Below, in pieces: positions 58,938-64,000 of a stretch of 64,000 nt of DNA. Origin of the DNA: Microcoleus sp. GTDB taxonomy: Bacteria; Cyanobacteriota; Cyanobacteriia; Cyanobacteriales; Microcoleaceae. The stretch covers positions 21,899 to 85,898 of the forward strand of contig JBOFTL010000514.1 of assembly GCA_051652045.1 (NCBI GenBank), in the 5' to 3' direction. The notes beneath the pieces are model-generated. The model saw only the letters and a list, made by a program, of their open reading frames with translations, was not told the DNA's origin and ran no database searches. The position numbers and the translations under genes were made by a program. Position 1 is the first letter of the stretch. Every line of letters begins with the position of its first letter.

Positions 58938-59789
58938 ATGGGGGTGTTGAATCGAGCACCCGTTATGCCTTATATCAGCGCGATCGCGTCCCCGTTTGCT
59001 AGTTTAAAACTGCGTCCTGTTGAGAATGCCCATCTAAAAGAAGGGGAGCTTATCAAAGTCCCCAAGGGGCAAAAGCTGGCTGTAACTTTTCCCTACAGTG
59101 ATTCCGATAAGCCATTGCAAGCCGTTCGATTAGTTGGCGCTGCCTCTAATCTAGGATTGAAGGCGGGCGATGTTTTGTATGCCTTCACCAAGGAATGGCA
59201 CGTCAATGATGCGCCCTGGTCACTAGTGAAGCCCAAAAGCAAATCCAGTAACCCTGTCTCCGCATTATCGAAATGGTTGGGGCTGGGCAAGAAGGAATAC
59301 AAGCCTGTCATGCAGCGCGGGGATTATCATCTAGTTGTAGTTGACGATGAGTCTTTGCCCACATCAACAATGGAGTGTTTTGACCATAATGGCGATCGCC
59401 TTTGGACGCGCAAATGTCTTGCCCGTGGACAGGTCGCAGACTACGGGCTTTATAGTGGTGATACTCCAGTCGGGCTGTACTATCTAGGGGAACTATGGGA
59501 AGCTGCTAGTGATGATGTGGCGACATGCAAACCCTACGGCATCCATTGCTTCGATATGGTTTCCGTCGTTGATGGCGAGGACGCAGTGGGTCGCGCGGGG
59601 ATTTGTCTCCATGGTGGCGGCTCTGCCCTTGGGTATCCTGGTTGCATTGAAGAGTATCAAGAACTTGTTCCAACTTTTGGGTGCGTCAGAATGCATACTA
59701 TCGATCTGCGTGAGACTATTTATCCTATCTGGAAAGAATGCGATCGCAATGGCAAAAAAGTCTGGATGTCCGTCTATCAGCTTACTTGA
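58938..59789 (+). CDS. YkuD/L,D-transpeptidase-family cell-wall enzyme with N-terminal cell-wall-binding-like domain
   Basis: GDTPVGLY, ICLHGGG, TFGCVRMH. Confidence 0.8.
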   Translation: MGVLNRAPVMPYISAIASPFASLKLRPVENAHLKEGELIKVPKGQKLAVTFPYSDSDKPLQAVRLVGAASNLGLKAGDVLYAFTKEWHVNDAPWSLVKPKSKSSNPVSALSKWLGLGKKEYKPVMQRGDYHLVVVDDESLPTSTMECFDHNGDRLWTRKCLARGQVADYGLYSGDTPVGLYYLGELWEAASDDVATCKPYGIHCFDMVSVVDGEDAVGRAGICLHGGGSALGYPGCIEEYQELVPTFGCVRMHTIDLRETIYPIWKECDRNGKKVWMSVYQLT

Positions 59790-59798
59790 GGCTGCCCC

Positions 59799-60248
59799 AT
59801 GAATATGAAAACATCACAGCGCGGTATCAACCTAATCAAAGAGTTTGAAGGGTGCGAACTTGAATCCTATCTATGTTCCGCCAATGTTCCGACCATTGGG
59901 TACGGGCACACTGCATCGGTTAAGGTTGGCGATCGCATCACTCAAGACAAGGCGGAACAACTACTGCGGGAAGACTTAGCTGAGTTCGAGGCTGCCGTCA
60001 ATGGCATGGTGGAAGTCCCCATCACACAATGCCAATTTGATGCCCTTGTCGCGTTCGCCTTCAATGTTGGCATCAGTGGCCTTGGGTCTTCCACTGCACT
60101 CAATCGACTGAACCAAGGCAAACATGCGGCGGCGGCGGATGCCCTACTGTGGTGGAACAAGGTCGATGGCGTTGTGGTCGATGGCTTAACGCGGCGGCGG
60201 CAGGCAGAACGACGGTTGTTTTACGGGCAGGCTTTTCTGGGTCAGTGA
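59799..60248 (+). CDS. GH24 lysozyme (endolysin)
   Basis: IKEFEG..Y.C.ANVPTIGYGHT, QFDALVAFAFNVG, GLTRRRQAE. Confidence 0.93.
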   Translation: MNMKTSQRGINLIKEFEGCELESYLCSANVPTIGYGHTASVKVGDRITQDKAEQLLREDLAEFEAAVNGMVEVPITQCQFDALVAFAFNVGISGLGSSTALNRLNQGKHAAAADALLWWNKVDGVVVDGLTRRRQAERRLFYGQAFLGQ

Positions 60249-60272
60249 CAATCTCGGGGCATACACAGAGGG

Positions 60273-60311
60273 ACACCCAGCGATCGCTTGGTAGATGCGA
60301 TCGCTGGGTGT
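60273..60311. terminator. bidirectional terminator built from two HIP1 sites
   Basis: ACACCCAGCGATCGC..GCGATCGCTGGGTGT between convergent genes. Confidence 0.7.
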
Positions 60312-60640
60312 TTTCTTGTTGTTTAGCATTTTCTTTCCCGCGAGTTACTCAGCAACTTTTCTGTTGAATCAAAAAAGTTTTTAACGATGGCGATCGCTTT
60401 AGCAAGTTCGGCTACAACGCCTTGAACTTCCTCGCCATCCAAAACAGCTAGACACTCTATCGATCTGTTTTCTTGGTGGTAGAACCACAGATCCAGTTCG
60501 TGACACTTGCCCGCCACTTCATCTGCCACTCTCCATTCAAAAGCGACTATTGAGCTAGTAACATCTGAAAAGTGCGGGAAGTTTGGTAACTCCGTCTCTT
60601 TAGAGCGGATTGGAAAAACGACACGAGCGGTTTTAACCGC

Positions 60641-61048
60641 CTACCTTTTATGGTGCGGGTCGTTAATGTATCGCTCTATTGTATCGGCTGGAACGTTGCC
60701 AGCAGTAGAAAAGAAATAGCTATTAGTCCACAGTGAAGGCAATCGGGTTAAATGCGGAAACTCCTTCCTAAGCAAATACGCAGATCTGCCCTTAAACGCT
60801 TTGACAACTTGATTGATAGCATCTGTTGGGTGAATTTCAACAAAAAGATGCAAGTGGTCAGGCGCAATCTCTAAAGCTCGAATGTTCCAATTTCGTTCCT
60901 TTGCAATCTCGCCACAAATTTGAAACAACCTATCTCTGACCTCACCAATTAGCACGGGCTTACGTCGTTTTGGAATCCAAACCAAGTGAACCACACAAAG
61001 CCCTACAGAATGATTGTAATGTCGATACTCGTAAGAATTTTTTCTCAT
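60641..61048 (-). CDS. tnpA: TnpA Y1 HUH transposase
   Basis: HLVWIPKRR, PDHLHL, IERYI. Confidence 0.95.
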   Translation of the reverse strand: MRKNSYEYRHYNHSVGLCVVHLVWIPKRRKPVLIGEVRDRLFQICGEIAKERNWNIRALEIAPDHLHLFVEIHPTDAINQVVKAFKGRSAYLLRKEFPHLTRLPSLWTNSYFFSTAGNVPADTIERYINDPHHKR

Positions 61049-61117
61049 TCAGTTTGTCGTTCTTTCAGAATAATCTACAAATCTATTGTATAATACTAAG
61101 AGAGAACAACAGAGGAG

Positions 61118-62398
61118 GTGGTTGAATTGTTTGGCTGTCAGCAAGACCTAATTAAGGCAGACAAAGATACTCTGGCAATTATTGAGTATCTTTGTCACGA
61201 ATCGAATGACTTGTTTAATTGTGCGGTCTACTATGGTCGTCAAATTTGGTTTAAGACGGGCAGAGTCGTTACGGGGTATGACTTGGCGGTTGAGATGAAA
61301 ACTAATCGTCATTTCAACGCTGGGTATGCCTCTGCAATGCAGCAAACTTGTCTGAATGTTGGTGAAGCGTTTCAATCCTTTAAGAAGCTTCGCAGCCAAG
61401 TCTTAAAAGGAAAACTAGAACAATTTCCTAGAGTGCCGGGATACCGCAAGCCTAACGGATTGTTCACTGTCACTTATCCTAAGAAATGGTTGAAGCTCAA
61501 AGATGGATCAATCCGTTTCCCGTTGGGCAATCAAGTTAAAGCTTGGTTTGGAATCACTGACTTTTATTTGCCAATGCCAGTCAATTTAAGATGGGAAGAT
61601 ATCAAGGAGATTCGCATTCTTCCCCGCAATGGTGCGTTCTATGCTGAGTTTGTCTATCTAGTGAAGACACAGGCGCAATCTTTAGATCCGAGCAAAGCTC
61701 TAGGAATTGACCCCGGTTTGAATAACTGGTTGACCTGCGTGAGTAACGTAGGCACGGGCTTCATTGTTGACGGCAAGGAATTGAAGGCTTTGAATCAGTG
61801 GTACAACAAGCAACTGTCAACGATGAAGGACGGAAAGCCTCAAGGATTCTGGTCTAGAACCTTGGCGCAAATCACTGAGAAGCGGAATCGTCAGATGCGG
61901 GACGCAGTGAATAAAGCAGCCAGGATTGTGATTAATCATTGCCTTGAAAATGGCATTGGGTTAATCGTATTCGGGTGGAACAAAGGGCAGAAAAATTTGA
62001 TTAATCTCGGCGCAAAGACAAATCAAAAATTTGTGTCTGTGCCGACTGCCAGATTGAAGAAACGGATTGAACAACTGTGTGAGCAATACGGGATTCAGTT
62101 TGAGGAAACAGAGGAATCTTATACCTCAAAAGCAAGTTTTCTTGATAATGACGAGCTACCCAAATTCGGCGAAAAACCTGAACAGTGGCAGTCCAGTGGG
62201 AAGCGTGTAAAACGAGGTTTGTTCCGCACAGCAACGTTCGGCTATGTTAATGCAGATTGCAACGGAGCCGCGAATATTCTTCGCAAAGTAAAGGGAAAGT
62301 TCAAATTAGATTTGAGCGGACTTATTAGAGGTGTCTTGACAGCACCCAAGAGAATCAGGCTATGGTCTGAGGATCGGCAAGAATCCCCGTCTCTTTAG
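61118..62398 (+). CDS. tnpB: TnpB (rearranged RuvC-II type)
   Basis: GIDPG, VFGWN, EESYTSK, NADCNGA. Confidence 0.9.
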   Translation: MVELFGCQQDLIKADKDTLAIIEYLCHESNDLFNCAVYYGRQIWFKTGRVVTGYDLAVEMKTNRHFNAGYASAMQQTCLNVGEAFQSFKKLRSQVLKGKLEQFPRVPGYRKPNGLFTVTYPKKWLKLKDGSIRFPLGNQVKAWFGITDFYLPMPVNLRWEDIKEIRILPRNGAFYAEFVYLVKTQAQSLDPSKALGIDPGLNNWLTCVSNVGTGFIVDGKELKALNQWYNKQLSTMKDGKPQGFWSRTLAQITEKRNRQMRDAVNKAARIVINHCLENGIGLIVFGWNKGQKNLINLGAKTNQKFVSVPTARLKKRIEQLCEQYGIQFEETEESYTSKASFLDNDELPKFGEKPEQWQSSGKRVKRGLFRTATFGYVNADCNGAANILRKVKGKFKLDLSGLIRGVLTAPKRIRLWSEDRQESPSL

Positions 62399-62744
62399 AG
62401 CGGGGAGTGTCAAAAACGGCTGGCATTGTCACTTCCTGGCTGGCAAGTTCAGTCAGGAAGGCTGAGATTTTGTCCAACATTCCCTCGCTGACACCTGCTT
62501 TCATCCCAATCTCTAGTAGGTCGAACGGGTCAGAGGCAGCAGCAAAACCCTCGGCAAACTCTGGGCAGTGCTGCTCATCCCATCGGTAACGACTACACCT
62601 CCAGCAAAACACCTGGCGATCGCCTCTCAACGCCCTACTGTTAGCCATTGTAGATTCTTGCATGTATGGCAGTTGCTGTATTCCCATGGCAACTTGACAG
62701 CCCAATGGATCATAAGTCATGCTTGTTCACCTCAAAAAAATACA

Positions 62745-63032
62745 TCAATCGATCGCCACACCACGCACCGTCTTTGGTTTTGGTCTACTTGCGACACCTG
62801 CCGCAGCCCTCACCTGATCCATGCGATCGCGCTTTGCCCGTTTGCCGATTAGCGATCGCTCTGCCCAGGATAGTATCACGCAATCGCTCAAGGTTGCCGC
62901 AACTTCGCCCAAGAAAGTATTGCCATTGGCAAAGATGGCGACCAATCCCTTCGCCTTATCCCGCTTGCGTTGGCGCTTGGTAATTGTTTCGCCTGTCTCG
63001 GTAGTGCCGACGAGACTAGTGGTGCAGTCCAT
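62745..63032 (-). CDS. hypothetical protein
   Basis: GAGG RBS; packed operon. Confidence 0.55.
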   Translation of the reverse strand: MDCTTSLVGTTETGETITKRQRKRDKAKGLVAIFANGNTFLGEVAATLSDCVILSWAERSLIGKRAKRDRMDQVRAAAGVASRPKPKTVRGVAID

Positions 63033-63753
63033 TTTTCAGTCCTCTTTTAACTACAACAATCTTTTCGTTGCCATCTTGATAAAGCGTCCCCACCCCCGTA
63101 TCGAGAACATAGGAAATGAATCGATGTATCTCTGTATCGACAGAGCCAAAGCCACAAATCCCCGCAATAGAGCGAAATGAGAACCTGGTCTGATACTTAG
63201 CCCGTCCCAACAATACTTTCTCCCAGTCCTTAAACTTCAAACTACTACTGCGATCGCCACAGCAAACAGTATAGGAACTAGTCGATGGCAACCCATTTGA
63301 CACACCATCAATCAACATGCCATGGGCGATCGCTGCCTTGATGTATGCATCAACTACAATGCGATTGCCGCAGTCATGAATCTCACGGACAATTTTGCCA
63401 ATCATTGTAGTGGTCAGGGTTTTGCCGCGTCGTTTTTTCAGTTCAGTGAAGAAATTCTCGGTATTTAATTCCTGGAATGGGGGGATATCACCCGATCGCA
63501 GCCAATAAACAACCCGCACATTGCCAGTGAAAGACCACTGATGGACTAGTTCCGGCTCGTTCTTGCAAGCCCTGAACAATCGTGTCGCGTCAAAGTACTG
63601 ATACTCTATTGAGTTCTCTTTTAGCAACCCTATGATTGATGAGCAATCATAGGCGATTCCAGGCTGCATCAGTGGATACATCTGACGCAAGACCGCTCGA
63701 AGTCCTTCGAGTTCCTCTGCTCTTCTTGCCTTCTCTTTGTTTGATCGTGCCAT
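63016..63753 (-). CDS. hypothetical protein
   Basis: 245-aa ORF in a leftward operon. Confidence 0.6.
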   Translation of the reverse strand: MARSNKEKARRAEELEGLRAVLRQMYPLMQPGIAYDCSSIIGLLKENSIEYQYFDATRLFRACKNEPELVHQWSFTGNVRVVYWLRSGDIPPFQELNTENFFTELKKRRGKTLTTTMIGKIVREIHDCGNRIVVDAYIKAAIAHGMLIDGVSNGLPSTSSYTVCCGDRSSSLKFKDWEKVLLGRAKYQTRFSFRSIAGICGFGSVDTEIHRFISYVLDTGVGTLYQDGNEKIVVVKRGLKNGLHH

Positions 63754-64000
63754 GCTGTTTAACCTGCTTTAGTTGAATCGAAACTTTTCTGGGGGCAGGG
63801 GCAAATACTATTCACTCCGATACTTTGATTGGGTTGTCCCCATTCAGCCACTCCCACTCATAGTCTGACCAATCCTCAGACACTTCCGCTGCCCGCTTTA
63901 AAGCTATTTTCGACAATTCATCCAAGCTCATTGTCGCTGGATCAACATCAATTTCAACAGTCTTTGTAGCCGTTACTGTTATGCGGATCATGCTGTTGTT

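Larger units (their letters stand above)
60565..62413 (+). mobile_element. IS605-group element 4
   Basis: Left end CTGAAAAGTGCGG..; right end ..GAGTGTCAA; inferred target ACAT. Confidence 0.88.
60323..62720 (-). pseudogene. hypothetical gene split by IS element 4
   Basis: Joining 62720-62414 to 60564-60323 gives a 549-nt in-frame ORF (..MPAV|YVTSS..). Confidence 0.75.

Overview
A 64-kb segment of a temperate cyanophage or phage-plasmid, most likely from a filamentous cyanobacterium. The cyanobacterial HIP1 octamer GCGATCGC is very dense (24 copies in the first 5 kb). Left to right: a partial SF2 helicase and an operon of membrane and hypothetical genes; an AntA-type antirepressor; early genes under repeated operator-flanked sigma70 promoters (including a DHH phosphoesterase); a standalone HEARO/omega-like RNA with an IsrB element inserted at its 3' end; a replication block (PrimPol-PriCT-helicase, GIY-YIG, SF2 helicase with a C-terminal J-domain, RuvC-like resolvase, PAPS-reductase-like gene); a head module (terminase, portal, ClpP-type protease, decoration protein, major capsid protein, Mu gp36-like adaptor); fibre-like genes with a Zn-repeat HNH gene and a complete calpain-like cysteine protease; and a right-hand accessory and lysis region. 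Four complete tnpA/tnpB IS200/IS605 elements, one tnpB 3'-end remnant and the IsrB element are present. The strongest candidate for an undescribed system is the host-manipulation cluster beside the lysis genes: (i) a FixL-like heme-PAS-TM-GAF protein with T4-holin-like topology, followed by a small two-TM gene and an nblA missing from the ORF track; (ii) a secreted peptide carrying the PatS/HetN/PatX motif ERGSGR, directly upstream of a GGDEF protein whose base-specificity Asp is replaced by Asn. No integrase, tail tube, sheath, tape measure, tRNA or CRISPR array was seen in this window. All protein family calls come from motif recognition by eye, not from database searches.
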